This document shows positions 10,887 through 21,667 of a stretch of DNA of 64,000 nucleotides, piece after piece. Position 1 is the first letter of the stretch, and the number at the start of each line of letters is the position of its first letter. The stretch is from a virus. Taxonomy: Duplodnaviria > Caudoviricetes. The position numbers were made by a program, and so were the translations under genes. The notes below the pieces were generated by a model. It saw only the letters and a program-made list of their open reading frames with translations. It had not been told where the DNA came from and did no database searches. The stretch is taken from IMG/VR virus record IMGVR_UViG_3300020576_005257, positions 160,001 through 224,000 of that record; one strand, given 5' to 3'.

Positions 10887-11579
10887 TTAGAGTTCAGAAA
10901 CCAGGGCTTCGCTATCCCAACCGCTTAAGTCAGCTGCTGCTCTGCCAAGTGTTTCAATCCATCCAGCAGGAATAATCTCCCAATCTACTTGTTCGGGCCA
11001 AAGAGTTACCTGTCTAGTTAAAGCCAATCTGTCATCAATAGCTTGAGTGGAGATCTTAATATCTGTCCTAGTCATAGGCCTTAATACAAAGAAACAGCTC
11101 TCAACTTGCACCTTAAATAGAGGAAATTTGGTTGATTTTTGAAGCTCTGCAATCTCTTCCTCTGAAGGCTCTCCCCAAAATGGAAATGGTTGAATAAGAG
11201 TGGTATAAATCTCAGGGGCCAGAATTCTATCAGCAATATCAACATCAAGGAATCCTGATCTTTCTTGTATAACCTTAGATACTGATGGTACTACTCCAAC
11301 TGGAAGATTATATTTTTCTTCTATTGTGAGTTTAGGCCACAAAACACATTGATCAAACACAGCTTGGTGAACTTCATCTAAAGGTAGATGATTCTTACCA
11401 TTGCTTTGCTTGGCAGCACTAACCATCTCCATGATATATGTGTATGTCTCTCTAGAAATGGTCTTAAAGATAACCTGATCTTCTCGTCTTGGCCAATCAT
11501 AGCTAAGAATAGGGATACCAGGATTAAGTGCCTTAATCTCTGCGATTGTCTGTTCGGATGCTTGTCCTTTTCCTATCAT
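10887..11579 (-). CDS. Putative tail assembly chaperone with two internal repeats
   Basis: Repeats FKTISR..VLWP..GVVPSV..SGF and LRPMTR..TLWP..GWIETL..SGW; position. Confidence 0.6.
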   Translation of the reverse strand: MIGKGQASEQTIAEIKALNPGIPILSYDWPRREDQVIFKTISRETYTYIMEMVSAAKQSNGKNHLPLDEVHQAVFDQCVLWPKLTIEEKYNLPVGVVPSVSKVIQERSGFLDVDIADRILAPEIYTTLIQPFPFWGEPSEEEIAELQKSTKFPLFKVQVESCFFVLRPMTRTDIKISTQAIDDRLALTRQVTLWPEQVDWEIIPAGWIETLGRAAADLSGWDSEALVSEL

Positions 11580-11587
11580 AATTTCAC

Positions 11588-12415
11588 TTAATTTTGTAAA
11601 TCTTCAAATTTAATTACTTGAATGTTTCTAGCCTGGAAAGTATAGCTTTCCATAATTGGCCTACCATCATCACCTATGACTTTAGTTACACCACCCAAAC
11701 TAACTCCAATGATTTTAAGGCCAGTTGGAATTTTAGTATTTAATTTGGGTTCATGTGTATTAGTGATGCTCGGTGTCATATTATCTGTACCAGAGAATCG
11801 TAAAACTTGCTCACTTTTTATTTGGGTGCCATAAGTAATATTTAAATCAAAGCCCTCTTCCTTGGTACGGAACATGGGTGCTTCATTCAGAATAATTGGT
11901 GAATAATTACCGCCGCCACTATCCAATAAATCATCATTATATACTTGATCTACGATTTTAGATAGGGTCCTACCCTTATAACTTCCAGACCTGATAGCAT
12001 CAATGGTCGTTTTATCGTATCTAAATAAACCATACTCTGTTCCTACAGCAGGAACAGGGTTATTTGCTTCGTTGTTTCTAGATCCAGTAAGCCAATTTTC
12101 TTCTCGTTTTAGGGCACTTATCAAAGAAAAAATATAACCATCTTTCTTGAAATTAACACTCAGCTCACCAACAATTAATCTCTGACCATGCACCATACGA
12201 TCGGGTACATAGCTAGCATAACCATAAACAGGCCTAATGGGTTCTATAATCTGATAGCTAACCTGTACAGCTTCTTCTAGTCTGATATTGTTAGCATAAA
12301 CTCTAACATCCTGCCCAGACCAATAGGTTGAATCAAATCTATCTACAACCTTCCACTGCTCACCAATTTCATAAGAAGGTGGTCTGTAAGAATTATTATT
12401 TGGTGTTAGTGGCAT
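11588..12415 (-). CDS. Tail tube-like virion protein
   Basis: WSGQDVRVY..PVYGY..GQRLIVGEL, similar to 13899-14675. Confidence 0.7.
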   Translation of the reverse strand: MPLTPNNNSYRPPSYEIGEQWKVVDRFDSTYWSGQDVRVYANNIRLEEAVQVSYQIIEPIRPVYGYASYVPDRMVHGQRLIVGELSVNFKKDGYIFSLISALKREENWLTGSRNNEANNPVPAVGTEYGLFRYDKTTIDAIRSGSYKGRTLSKIVDQVYNDDLLDSGGGNYSPIILNEAPMFRTKEEGFDLNITYGTQIKSEQVLRFSGTDNMTPSITNTHEPKLNTKIPTGLKIIGVSLGGVTKVIGDDGRPIMESYTFQARNIQVIKFEDLQN

Positions 12416-12624
12416 TAACTATCTCCTAAATGAACTGCATCCTGAATTTGAGACAATAAAGAAGATATTGAAATATTCAAAGCAGAAGCATCTCGATTAA
12501 GTAGAGCATAATTTGCTGTAGTTAAAGGAGAACCAGGGATAGTTGATTCCTCATAAACAGAGTTAAATGAAGCTTCATAGGGGTTTATGTTTAAAGATTG
12601 AATTGTAGTAATAATCTGGTTCAT
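12415..12624 (-). CDS. Hypothetical protein
   Basis: TAATG overlap with the next gene; AGGAG upstream. Confidence 0.65.
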   Translation of the reverse strand: MNQIITTIQSLNINPYEASFNSVYEESTIPGSPLTTANYALLNRDASALNISISSLLSQIQDAVHLGDS

Positions 12625-12635
12625 CTTAACTCCTA

Positions 12636-13850
12636 TTAAATTCTAGTAATTGGAATTAAGCTTCCAATAGCTAACAAATTCCCATTACCATCAACCTTCC
12701 ACTTGTTATGGTGCCATACCCCATTACTAAAATATGTATTAGTGGGACCACTTAAAGCTATATTCACAACAGTACCAACCCCAGCTTCTTTTATAGATAA
12801 GATCTCTACTGGGTCCAATCTAATATCAAGTAGTACAGTTTCTAAGGAGAGGTCTGCTGTTATCTGGAAGTTATGGGGGTTTAACGGGTCAATACAGACC
12901 CTGTGGGATGTTGAACAGTAAAAAGTACCTGTCTTGGTTACAACTTCGTATATGGGCTGATTTTCAATAATGTTTTTTGCAATTACTGTTTCCTCTGTTC
13001 CTTTCCAAGAAGTAACCTTATCACCCACAATTAAATCTTCTGCTTTAACCAAAGCGAAAGGTGTGTGAATCTCAGAACCTAACAACAAACACTCCGAAGA
13101 CATCATACCCAAACTACCAGAAGCCGAAACAGAAGTTATGTTGCTAAAAGCTTCCCCTTTACTTGGCAGATTAGTAGTCTGAACATTGGAGGTTAATACA
13201 GCTTTAGGTGGCTCTGGTTGTCTTCTTTCTGGAATTGAAACTAAATTAAATTGGGATAAATCATTTATGTCAGTAAATGATTGTGCCATAAACCCATAAG
13301 AGTCCCCAATATTAGGATCATTGATATTAGCATTTCTACCAGAGTCAGTGATCTCAATACCTTTAATCATCAAAAAGGCATTATCATTAGTTGCATGGAG
13401 ACCTTTAAAGACAACTAATAAATCAAATTTAGGTAATTCGTCTGGAAGAAGTCTTAAAGCATTGTAAGCATTTCCAGACCAGGAAGCAAACTCTCTTAAC
13501 AAAGGGGCGAAGGGGTTTTCATTTATAAACGTAAAACCCAATGATCCAGCGATCATTCTATGCCCCCTAGTGGTTCCCTTGCTACCACGAGAACCTAAAG
13601 AAACAACGGGGTATTTGTCTCTGTGAGTAGAAATAGCTAAAAGAGCTAAATTATAAAGGGGAACTTCAGTTAATTTGCCCTCTTTGCTGTTTAAAGAAAA
13701 AGGAACAAGGGCAGTAACGTGCATATCGGATGGAGAATATACTTTGGCATTTTTATACATGGCTGGGATTTTAGCTCCCGTTGTGTACACATAGCCATCT
13801 AATTCTACATCACCTGCTTGTCTATAGATAGGGTCTCTATATTCTGCCAT
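12636..13850 (-). CDS. Tail tube-like protein with C-terminal Hint domain
   Basis: LGSRGSKGTTRGHRMIAGSL..ELPKFDL tube-like N-part, then CL..STSH..NGVWHHN. Confidence 0.75.
   Translation of the reverse strand: MAEYRDPIYRQAGDVELDGYVYTTGAKIPAMYKNAKVYSPSDMHVTALVPFSLNSKEGKLTEVPLYNLALLAISTHRDKYPVVSLGSRGSKGTTRGHRMIAGSLGFTFINENPFAPLLREFASWSGNAYNALRLLPDELPKFDLLVVFKGLHATNDNAFLMIKGIEITDSGRNANINDPNIGDSYGFMAQSFTDINDLSQFNLVSIPERRQPEPPKAVLTSNVQTTNLPSKGEAFSNITSVSASGSLGMMSSECLLLGSEIHTPFALVKAEDLIVGDKVTSWKGTEETVIAKNIIENQPIYEVVTKTGTFYCSTSHRVCIDPLNPHNFQITADLSLETVLLDIRLDPVEILSIKEAGVGTVVNIALSGPTNTYFSNGVWHHNKWKVDGNGNLLAIGSLIPITRI
12705..13091 (-). other. Hint (intein-like autoprocessing) domain C254-N382
   Basis: Starts CL, has block-B His, ends HN; next residue is Lys. 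Confidence 0.8.
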
Positions 13851-13859
13851 AAAACATAC

Positions 13860-13886
13860 GGTAGCTAGGGCTTAGCCCTAGCTACC
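13860..13886 (-). promoter_or_regulatory. Perfect hairpin after the major tube gene
   Basis: GGTAGCTAGGGC-TTA-GCCCTAGCTACC. Confidence 0.5.
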
Positions 13887-13898
13887 CCTCAGTTGGTA

Positions 13899-14675
13899 TT
13901 AACCAACTGTAAGCGCAGTCCACGGCGAGACTGCAAGAGCAACAAAGGCCATACCCATTTGTCCGCCCATATCTGCCTGACTGATACCACCAGTTTCCTG
14001 GGTAATCTGCACACCAAACAGTGTACATTTTCTAGCTGCTCCTGACTTATTAACACCAACCAACGTGATGTCAAAAGGAGGAATCTGATCTGCGTATTGC
14101 AAAATCACATTCTTCGCAGCAGAAGCAGCATCAATAATTTGCTCCTTCAACTGTGCCTGAAGATCAGTTGCACTAAGTCCACGGAAGTTAGACAATCCAC
14201 CAAGATTGTTAGCATCTGGGCTTTGGTAGGTGAAACCACCACCAAGAGCATTAGAGCCAACTACCTGAGTTGTGTCAAAAGTGCCGTTTGACAAGTTAAG
14301 TCCATTAGTTCCTTGTGAAAGATTCCACAAATCACCAATAACTCCAAGTCTACTTTCATGTAGCCGCCAAATCTCATGTAAGAATGCATGTTGGGCAAAT
14401 TCTTGTAGAACCAGTGAACCAACGACCACCCGTTTGCCTTGGGTAAAGGCAACGGGATCGCGGCGACCCATAACATGGTTACTTACAGTTTCTGTGCTGG
14501 TGGTCCAAGAAATGGCCTCAGCGTTACCCACTTTAGTATCGTTAAAATAGACTTGATGGTCGTGACCCGAGAAAGTCTTGTCAGCATAGTCCGTTACACT
14601 ATAACTAGCCTTTTTAGGCTTATAGTTTGCGGAATATGAAGAGTAGGCTCCTCTTTGAAATGGATTAGTTCTCAT
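13899..14675 (-). CDS. Major tail tube protein
   Basis: Follows sheath; FSGHD..GKRVVVGSL..YADQIPPFDITL. Confidence 0.75.
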   Translation of the reverse strand: MRTNPFQRGAYSSYSANYKPKKASYSVTDYADKTFSGHDHQVYFNDTKVGNAEAISWTTSTETVSNHVMGRRDPVAFTQGKRVVVGSLVLQEFAQHAFLHEIWRLHESRLGVIGDLWNLSQGTNGLNLSNGTFDTTQVVGSNALGGGFTYQSPDANNLGGLSNFRGLSATDLQAQLKEQIIDAASAAKNVILQYADQIPPFDITLVGVNKSGAARKCTLFGVQITQETGGISQADMGGQMGMAFVALAVSPWTALTVG

Positions 14676-14693
14676 TGTGTTAGTTTATCCTTA

Positions 14694-16448
14694 TTAATCA
14701 ACCTGTCTAATCGAAACGACAAGCTTAATCTGTCTGATTGCGTTGGCAAGAGCCAATTCAATAAAGACGGTAACTATTCCAACGTTACCCTCTGTTCCGA
14801 GCATTTCAACTCGATAGTCGTATCCTACGCCTCTACTTCCTCTTAGACCACCACTCATGTTGTAGCCTTCAAGAACATTCTCGATTCGGCTTTCCATAGC
14901 AGCTCTAACATCAAGCCCACTAGCCTGACCCAAGAAGCCGCGAAGCGCGGTTTGAAGGTCTTTCTGGATGGAAGCTGTCATGTGTCTAGCTTGGTAGTTG
15001 CGATAATTTGAGTCTCTCTGACCAGCAGTTACGTCATCATTAACTACAAGGTTGGCTAAAGGATTAACCTGGTCTCTTACTAAGACAACGTAAGCACCTC
15101 CACCACTGATATTGTTATTCATATCAGCACCCACACCATTTTGCAACAATGTCGCATACGTATGGGGGAATGGTCGAGTATAACCCTTAATACCCGGAAT
15201 AGGAGTTTGAGTTGCTGATTGTTCTGGCGGAATCGTAGTTAAGAAAGCGGCATAGGCAACTACAGGAGAAGTTGTATAATCTCCACCCATATCTACGTGG
15301 CTATAAACCACATCAGGACCCGCAACCACGGAAACATTTGTAAATACATCGTTAACAGTACCCCTTGCACCTGCTCGACTTCGACCAGTATAAAGAATAG
15401 GACCTGCTTTAATCCACTTGCTAGCTTGTTTAAAGTAGCCATACGAAGTTGCCAAAAGGTTACTAGTAAGCCAGTTAATGACTTGGTTGTCGTCTCTGGA
15501 AGTGAAGCTTCTTGTACCAATAACACCGTGACACGGCATAATTTCGGCAGACATAGCATCAACCCAATCCGCAAAGTCATTAATGATACTAGTACTAGTA
15601 GCATTACCACCAGCAGTTACCTGATCATCAACATTAATACCAGTCAGACAAATAATATCTGCTCCGTATCGTTGGTTTCTAAGAGATTGGAAAGTTCCTG
15701 TAACCGCTGCTACAAGGCCACCCGCATAACCAAACAAACCTGAACCAGCAGCTGTGAAATGTTCTGGGCCAAAAGTTTCGCCTCTTGCAAAACAACCATT
15801 AGTACCACCACTAAAACTGGCGGTACCAGTAATACTGGCTGTTAAAGAGCTTAACGTGGAAGCAAGGAAAGGATTTAATGCATCAGCAGAGTCATCAATT
15901 TCAACGACTTTATTAGCAAATGCACCATTAACTCGGGTAATAAACTCACCTAAAGTAGTACCACTAGCACTACCTGTAAAACTTAAATTACCGCCCTTAC
16001 TAAGAGGCTGAGTTAGCGTAAAGGTGTAAGTGTCCCCGGAAATACCGAGTGACATGGTTTGTGAATTATAGATTCTGCCAGGATTCTGGGCAGTACCTAC
16101 AAGATAACCACCAGAACCCAATGTTACGGTAGCTTTAGTACCGCTAGCTCTAACGACTGTAATATCCTTACAACCAGCTGAAATAGCCTGAGCAATAGCT
16201 AGAGGAAGAGTAGCACCTGCATACTTCCCTGTCTCGGTTCCAGTAATAGGATCTAGGTAACTATTACTATAATTTGCTGGACCAAACAGCTTTTCAGCTT
16301 GAGTGGCATCATCAATCCGGACGGGCTTATTCAACGGCCCATCTAGAGCCGTACCGATAATAAGTAGGCTGTTAGTTGTGGGACCCTCCACAATTTGTTT
16401 GATTTTACCACCAATTGTGGTAAAGGTAATTCCTGGAATAACTGACAT
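14694..16448 (-). CDS. Tail sheath protein
   Basis: LIIGTALDGPLNKPVRI..AEKLFG N-terminus and sheath-like C-terminus. Confidence 0.85.
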   Translation of the reverse strand: MSVIPGITFTTIGGKIKQIVEGPTTNSLLIIGTALDGPLNKPVRIDDATQAEKLFGPANYSNSYLDPITGTETGKYAGATLPLAIAQAISAGCKDITVVRASGTKATVTLGSGGYLVGTAQNPGRIYNSQTMSLGISGDTYTFTLTQPLSKGGNLSFTGSASGTTLGEFITRVNGAFANKVVEIDDSADALNPFLASTLSSLTASITGTASFSGGTNGCFARGETFGPEHFTAAGSGLFGYAGGLVAAVTGTFQSLRNQRYGADIICLTGINVDDQVTAGGNATSTSIINDFADWVDAMSAEIMPCHGVIGTRSFTSRDDNQVINWLTSNLLATSYGYFKQASKWIKAGPILYTGRSRAGARGTVNDVFTNVSVVAGPDVVYSHVDMGGDYTTSPVVAYAAFLTTIPPEQSATQTPIPGIKGYTRPFPHTYATLLQNGVGADMNNNISGGGAYVVLVRDQVNPLANLVVNDDVTAGQRDSNYRNYQARHMTASIQKDLQTALRGFLGQASGLDVRAAMESRIENVLEGYNMSGGLRGSRGVGYDYRVEMLGTEGNVGIVTVFIELALANAIRQIKLVVSIRQVD

Positions 16449-16510
16449 GCTTATTTATCTCCTAATATAATAGAGTACGTTCTATTCTCGTTCATTTTCT
16501 GTTTATTTTT

Positions 16511-17428
16511 TTAAGAGTCTTCCAATTCGGACTCTGTAATTCTTTCTGGGAAAGTTTCTACTGGTTTTCTAGAACTAAAAGTCGTAACAGTAGGGGCGAA
16601 CAAATACTCAATAACAAAATCTTCTCCTACTTGAGGAGGTGTTCCTGCATCATCTAACCACTTAATTTGGATGGTATTATCATCCATTCTGACTACTTGA
16701 TAATCAATGCCAGCATAAAGGTTACTTAGTTCACTGCTGTTAGATCTGAATTTTACTATGGACTTAATGTCTGTAATAGTAAAAGTTGATTTATTAGGAA
16801 TTGGCACATACAAAGAATTAGAACTTGTTCTAGTTAACCTTTCGGTTACATCTATATAAGATCCAACTCTTGTCTCCACTACGATTTCTCTGAGTTCTGG
16901 AAGGATGACTTTATATCTTACTGGAAGAACTATGGTGTATCTAATTGTTCTCACATTTAGATCATCTTGACTCTTCCAGTCGTAGTTTGAATCCCCCATT
17001 TGTTGCTCAAAAACCAGGACAAGGCCTGGAAATTGAAGCTGGAGTAATCCTTCACAGTCATTTATAGCATTTTCTAGGTCCCAAGCCAGACTATTGACTT
17101 CTGTGTTGGAGGTTCCAAATACAGCAAATTCCAAAGTAATTCGAAATTGTTGTTTGTGAGTTTCAACTAATTGACCAAACTCATCTGTGCCCATAGTCCC
17201 AGAGTAAGATGCCCCTCTAGACTGTGCAATTCCATGCTGTCCACCACCAGGGACTCTACGATAGATTCTCCAGGTGATTGTTGGTTGAGTTACAGCTTCT
17301 TTAGGGTAACTCTCAGAATATGCAAGTTTATACTTGTTGACAAAGAATTCTCCAATAAGGTCATAAATATATGACCCAATTGCATACGGATTCACGTCCG
17401 CTCTTGTGTCAGTTGGTAAAACCGCCAT
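16511..17428 (-). CDS. Putative tail completion/terminator protein
   Basis: Position upstream of sheath; no decisive motif. Confidence 0.45.
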   Translation of the reverse strand: MAVLPTDTRADVNPYAIGSYIYDLIGEFFVNKYKLAYSESYPKEAVTQPTITWRIYRRVPGGGQHGIAQSRGASYSGTMGTDEFGQLVETHKQQFRITLEFAVFGTSNTEVNSLAWDLENAINDCEGLLQLQFPGLVLVFEQQMGDSNYDWKSQDDLNVRTIRYTIVLPVRYKVILPELREIVVETRVGSYIDVTERLTRTSSNSLYVPIPNKSTFTITDIKSIVKFRSNSSELSNLYAGIDYQVVRMDDNTIQIKWLDDAGTPPQVGEDFVIEYLFAPTVTTFSSRKPVETFPERITESELEDS

Positions 17429-17450
17429 AGCTGTCTTACTAAATAGAGGG

Positions 17451-19379
17451 TTAAGCAGTTCTCACATTAAAGGAGATTTTTAGAATTTCTCCATATATAA
17501 GTCCTTCTATAAATACCCTCATTACTCCATCCATATAATCTACTACTACATCTTCGATAGTTACATCTTCAATTACAGCCAACTTAGTTTTCAATTCTGT
17601 GGCTATGTTTTGTTGGTATCCTCTTTGTAACTGGAATCCAATAAATTTACGTAAATAAATTGTAGCTACGCTAGATATTTCTGATAGTCTGGTAGTATAA
17701 GAATAGCTAAAAGTAGTATCTAAACAAACTCCCTTATCCACTGCAATACCAGAACCAATCCACCTTCTGAATAAATTTATGCCGTTTAAATAAGCTAACT
17801 CTAATTCATCTTCTGAGAAGACAGGATCTACTCCTAATACTTTTGCCGATTTATTAGTAAGTAAACCATTATTTTGTAAAGTAACTAGTGCAGCAGCAAG
17901 AACTGTGGGCTTTTTGTAAGATTGGGCTCCAATTTGTAAGAAACAATCTCCACCAAACAAAGCCACCATAGGGTGTTTTATTTGAGATCCTCTTATATAA
18001 GCTAGTACATCGTCTAAGTTATTACCACTCCCAGCAGCAGTTACAACACCTATATAAACATCATCCAGAGTTACTCTACTCGGAATAGCTCCTTGGATGC
18101 CACTAAGTGTAACCTTGGTAGCAGGTTTCTTAAACTGAAGACCCATAAAATGAGCTGTACCAGAAGCTACACCAGTCAAGCTATCAGCGTAGAACATAAC
18201 CTCATTCCCAGAGTAAGCCTTAACTCTTAACCTGTACTCGCCAGACCCCAACCAAAAACCTAGACTATTTATCTTATATCCTGTTGAAGGGGGTGTTAAA
18301 GTAATTGTAGTAAACGTATTATTAGGAAAGAGTTGTAAGCCTTTGGTTCCCCCGTGAACTCTGTTATTACCATAACCAGACTGTGTACGATCAATTACCA
18401 ACCCAGTAGGAGAAACAGAGCAGCTTTGAAGTACTGAGAGGGATGTATTATGAGTGAACCCCTCAAAACTCTGAGAACCAACCCCAGGATTCTGTAGTTT
18501 AAAAGCTGTTTCCGCTGTATTGGCCCCATAATAAGGATAAGCACCATCTAAAGAGGGAGCTTGGAAACCCCAAATTCTAAGTTGATAGGTTTGCTCTAGG
18601 AAAGAACTATTAAGCAAATCTAAAATATTACTGTCTACAGGACCAAGCACAAATACATGAGTGACATCTGGGGGTATGGTGGATGAATTAATGAACTCAT
18701 TTACAGCATTATAATCAATCACCCCGTTAAGACCACCTGTCATACTAACAGATGTAAATATGGTGGGTGTTTGTGTAGATTCTGCTATATAGAAAGGAAT
18801 GATGCCCAAACTAGAATCAGAATTTATGTTTTTTACCATATCCTCCACTTCACCTGTATAGGTTCTGGTAGGAAATTGTTGAAAGGCATCAACTATAATA
18901 CTAGTAGCTGTAGTTGTTAATGTAATATCATTAAACTGGAGTCCTTTATAGTTGGACATAAAACTCCAACCATCACGAACAATCGAGGCATAACTACCAC
19001 CAATACGACATACATAAAACCCAGCCGCACCATTATCTAGTAAATAATTACTAGCATTTAGAAGATCTGCATCTCCTAAGTATGGGGTGTAAGTAAAATC
19101 CATAACATCCCCAGTACCACCGATGGATCCGAAATACATAGTGCTTTCTTGAACAGTAGGCCTATATAAAACTCCTGTTCTACCATCAGAACTTTCGTTT
19201 TTTACTGAAGATTGGTTTGGGTAATCTAAAACAACAGAACTGGCCGTCGCTGTGATAAATTCAGTTTGAACATAATCACCACCAAAAATTTGTTTAAGTT
19301 TCGCTAAGTTGTCTACCCTTGTTACTAAGTTACAAGGTCCATTAGTTGCTGTGCCCACAATAAGACAATTAGTCGCCAT
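17451..19379 (-). CDS. Second, divergent sheath-like protein with an inserted beta-rich domain
   Basis: LIVGTATNGPCNLVTRV..KQIFG parallels the sheath N-terminus. Confidence 0.65.
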   Translation of the reverse strand: MATNCLIVGTATNGPCNLVTRVDNLAKLKQIFGGDYVQTEFITATASSVVLDYPNQSSVKNESSDGRTGVLYRPTVQESTMYFGSIGGTGDVMDFTYTPYLGDADLLNASNYLLDNGAAGFYVCRIGGSYASIVRDGWSFMSNYKGLQFNDITLTTTATSIIVDAFQQFPTRTYTGEVEDMVKNINSDSSLGIIPFYIAESTQTPTIFTSVSMTGGLNGVIDYNAVNEFINSSTIPPDVTHVFVLGPVDSNILDLLNSSFLEQTYQLRIWGFQAPSLDGAYPYYGANTAETAFKLQNPGVGSQSFEGFTHNTSLSVLQSCSVSPTGLVIDRTQSGYGNNRVHGGTKGLQLFPNNTFTTITLTPPSTGYKINSLGFWLGSGEYRLRVKAYSGNEVMFYADSLTGVASGTAHFMGLQFKKPATKVTLSGIQGAIPSRVTLDDVYIGVVTAAGSGNNLDDVLAYIRGSQIKHPMVALFGGDCFLQIGAQSYKKPTVLAAALVTLQNNGLLTNKSAKVLGVDPVFSEDELELAYLNGINLFRRWIGSGIAVDKGVCLDTTFSYSYTTRLSEISSVATIYLRKFIGFQLQRGYQQNIATELKTKLAVIEDVTIEDVVVDYMDGVMRVFIEGLIYGEILKISFNVRTA

Positions 19380-19416
19380 GTTATCTATTCCTTATATCCT
19401 AAGGGAAAAAATTGAT

Positions 19417-20031
19417 TTACCAATAGGTAGTTCTGTTCCAATCTTCTAATTGGAAGACTGGGATATTAAGCATTAGTGGTAGGTTTCTACCTAAAATGCT
19501 GTGTTCTATATTATATGAACGGAGATCTACTGCCATAAATGCTACTTCTTTCTCAAATCTATCAATAGTAGCTTTAATTTGTACGACATCTGTTACACTT
19601 ACAATTCTTCTTCGTTGATCTGTTGGAACTGACCATACAGGAACATTCCACTCTACAAAAAAGATTATATCTTCGTAGGTAGGTTTAATTTTTCTGGGAA
19701 GGTATCCTACAAAATCCCAATTTTCAGTGTAACCTGGTTCGGTTTTGTTTACATTCATCCCCATAGCGTGACCTTGGAAGATTCTAATGGGAACAATTAA
19801 TGGTATTACCTTTTTACCAGTCCCCCAACAAATAGGACAAGGCTCACCCTCTAATCTTAATCCGTTCTCAGAGCCAGTAGCGTAGTCATAGTGTATTGGG
19901 CATGGGTCATTTTGTCTCTTTCTTAGATAAACCACATAGTCGGGGTTTTCAAATATGAATCCCTCAGCAGCCTTACCTAAAGGCTTAGAAATCTTCCAGC
20001 TACCTTTATCTTGATTCCACTCTGAACTCAT
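19417..20031 (-). CDS. Putative neck/head-closure protein with Cys cluster
   Basis: CPIH..CPICWGTG; position. Confidence 0.5.
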   Translation of the reverse strand: MSSEWNQDKGSWKISKPLGKAAEGFIFENPDYVVYLRKRQNDPCPIHYDYATGSENGLRLEGEPCPICWGTGKKVIPLIVPIRIFQGHAMGMNVNKTEPGYTENWDFVGYLPRKIKPTYEDIIFFVEWNVPVWSVPTDQRRRIVSVTDVVQIKATIDRFEKEVAFMAVDLRSYNIEHSILGRNLPLMLNIPVFQLEDWNRTTYW

Positions 20032-21656
20032 TAAAAGTTTCTACCTCTGTTAATTTCTCCCCAATCTAAAGAAACATCAAAATAGTTGGTCATATCTAAA
20101 TTAACATCTGACATTCTAGTAGCATATCCAATATGACCGCTTGGGGTTAAATAAACTTCCCATTTTATCATTTCGTCAGCTGCTGCTTGTTTGGCATCTT
20201 TAATACCAGCAAGAAAATCGTCTGTTAAAGCTTCTTCATAATCACCAAGTCTTCGTCGTCTACCAACGTTTCTAAGCTCATCAACCAGTATTGAAGCATA
20301 TAGTTGTACTAAAGTATAAGCTTCAACCCACTTAAGAACCCCAAATCCTTTAAGATTATTGGTATCACGAACATAGGTTTCTAATAGTGAATCTCCAAAT
20401 GTTCCTACTGATCCACCTAAAATCCATGCAGAGAATTTAGCTTTAGCTTCTAATGATGCTAAATATATGTAGTAATTAATCAAATCATCTGGCATCGTAG
20501 ATGCTTCTGATCGTAATCTAGCTTTAATAACTCGTATATCTACATAGTAAGGATCATAAAGACTGGAGAATTGATAGGAGAAATTTTCCCCTAAGGTTTG
20601 ACTGCCATTGTAGCTAGATAATCCTTTTCTAACTGAGACGGTGTATCTCATATTAGAATAAAATGTTTCACTAGGGGTGAAAGTAGCTACTGTACCACCA
20701 ACACTCCAACTCCCAGAGACAGTAGACTCCAAATAGGAGGCAGGAATATCGTTTCTAGGCAACTGATCTTTTCTTACGACTGAGAAATAAGAATTTAGGC
20801 CACCTGTAACTATAGGCTGAGTAAAAGTTAAACTTATTACTGGAAAAGCAACCTGATTGGTGGATAGGTGCTCGGGGGTAACGCTATCAACTACTAATGG
20901 TACAGGGTAACTGTATTCCTCAAAATCGTAGACCCTTGAAGAAGATGGGTCTGCTGGGGTACTTATCTGTGACCCAGTATCAAACAGAATACTCCATCTA
21001 GCAGAAGGTGCAGTATAGTAAACAGTACCAGAAGAGTATCCAAAATTAGTTCTGGTAACTACCTCCCAACTTAAAGTTCTACCTTGTAAAGATCCTAAAG
21101 TAGCTTCATAACTACCATCAGCTAAAACTAATTCGGTACCAACTGAGGTAAAGGTTCCTATGTTAATTCCGTTTTCATAGAAATTAACATCATAAGCTAA
21201 GCCAACTACACCTGTGGTAGAAGTAGTGGGGTTCCAAGTAAAAACATATGGACTCTCTAAGAGGCTGCTTCCATTAGTTGGAGAAAGCAGAGATACCGCT
21301 GTGAGCCCTATAGAGGCCGTTGTGAAGGATATCGTGTAATCTTGTCGGGTCTTTCTTCCATTTGCGTCCTGAAAGCCACTACGGACGATTAAACGGTATT
21401 TAGTAGAGCTGCGAAGAACACTGGCAGGTCTTAAAGTTAATCTCTTATCAGATGCCTCATAAGAAACATAGGTAAGAGCAATAACTGCATTAGTTTCTTC
21501 GTCAAAGAGAACGAATCTCTTAGCTAGTTCATTGGCATCAGTAACCTGAGACAACGAAATATCAATGGACCAATCTAATGTAAAATCAGTGTTTACTGAA
21601 ATACTGGTAGATCCATTAACGGGGTAATTATAGACTAGCTCAGGATAGCCGACCAT
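20031..21656 (-). CDS. Ig-like domain virion protein, putative head-tail adaptor
   Basis: Big_5-like repeats (LTLRPASVLRSSTKYRL, TFTPSETFYSNMRYTV) and a helical C-terminus. Confidence 0.65.
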   Translation of the reverse strand: MVGYPELVYNYPVNGSTSISVNTDFTLDWSIDISLSQVTDANELAKRFVLFDEETNAVIALTYVSYEASDKRLTLRPASVLRSSTKYRLIVRSGFQDANGRKTRQDYTISFTTASIGLTAVSLLSPTNGSSLLESPYVFTWNPTTSTTGVVGLAYDVNFYENGINIGTFTSVGTELVLADGSYEATLGSLQGRTLSWEVVTRTNFGYSSGTVYYTAPSARWSILFDTGSQISTPADPSSSRVYDFEEYSYPVPLVVDSVTPEHLSTNQVAFPVISLTFTQPIVTGGLNSYFSVVRKDQLPRNDIPASYLESTVSGSWSVGGTVATFTPSETFYSNMRYTVSVRKGLSSYNGSQTLGENFSYQFSSLYDPYYVDIRVIKARLRSEASTMPDDLINYYIYLASLEAKAKFSAWILGGSVGTFGDSLLETYVRDTNNLKGFGVLKWVEAYTLVQLYASILVDELRNVGRRRRLGDYEEALTDDFLAGIKDAKQAAADEMIKWEVYLTPSGHIGYATRMSDVNLDMTNYFDVSLDWGEINRGRNF

Positions 21657-21667
21657 ATCATAATAAA

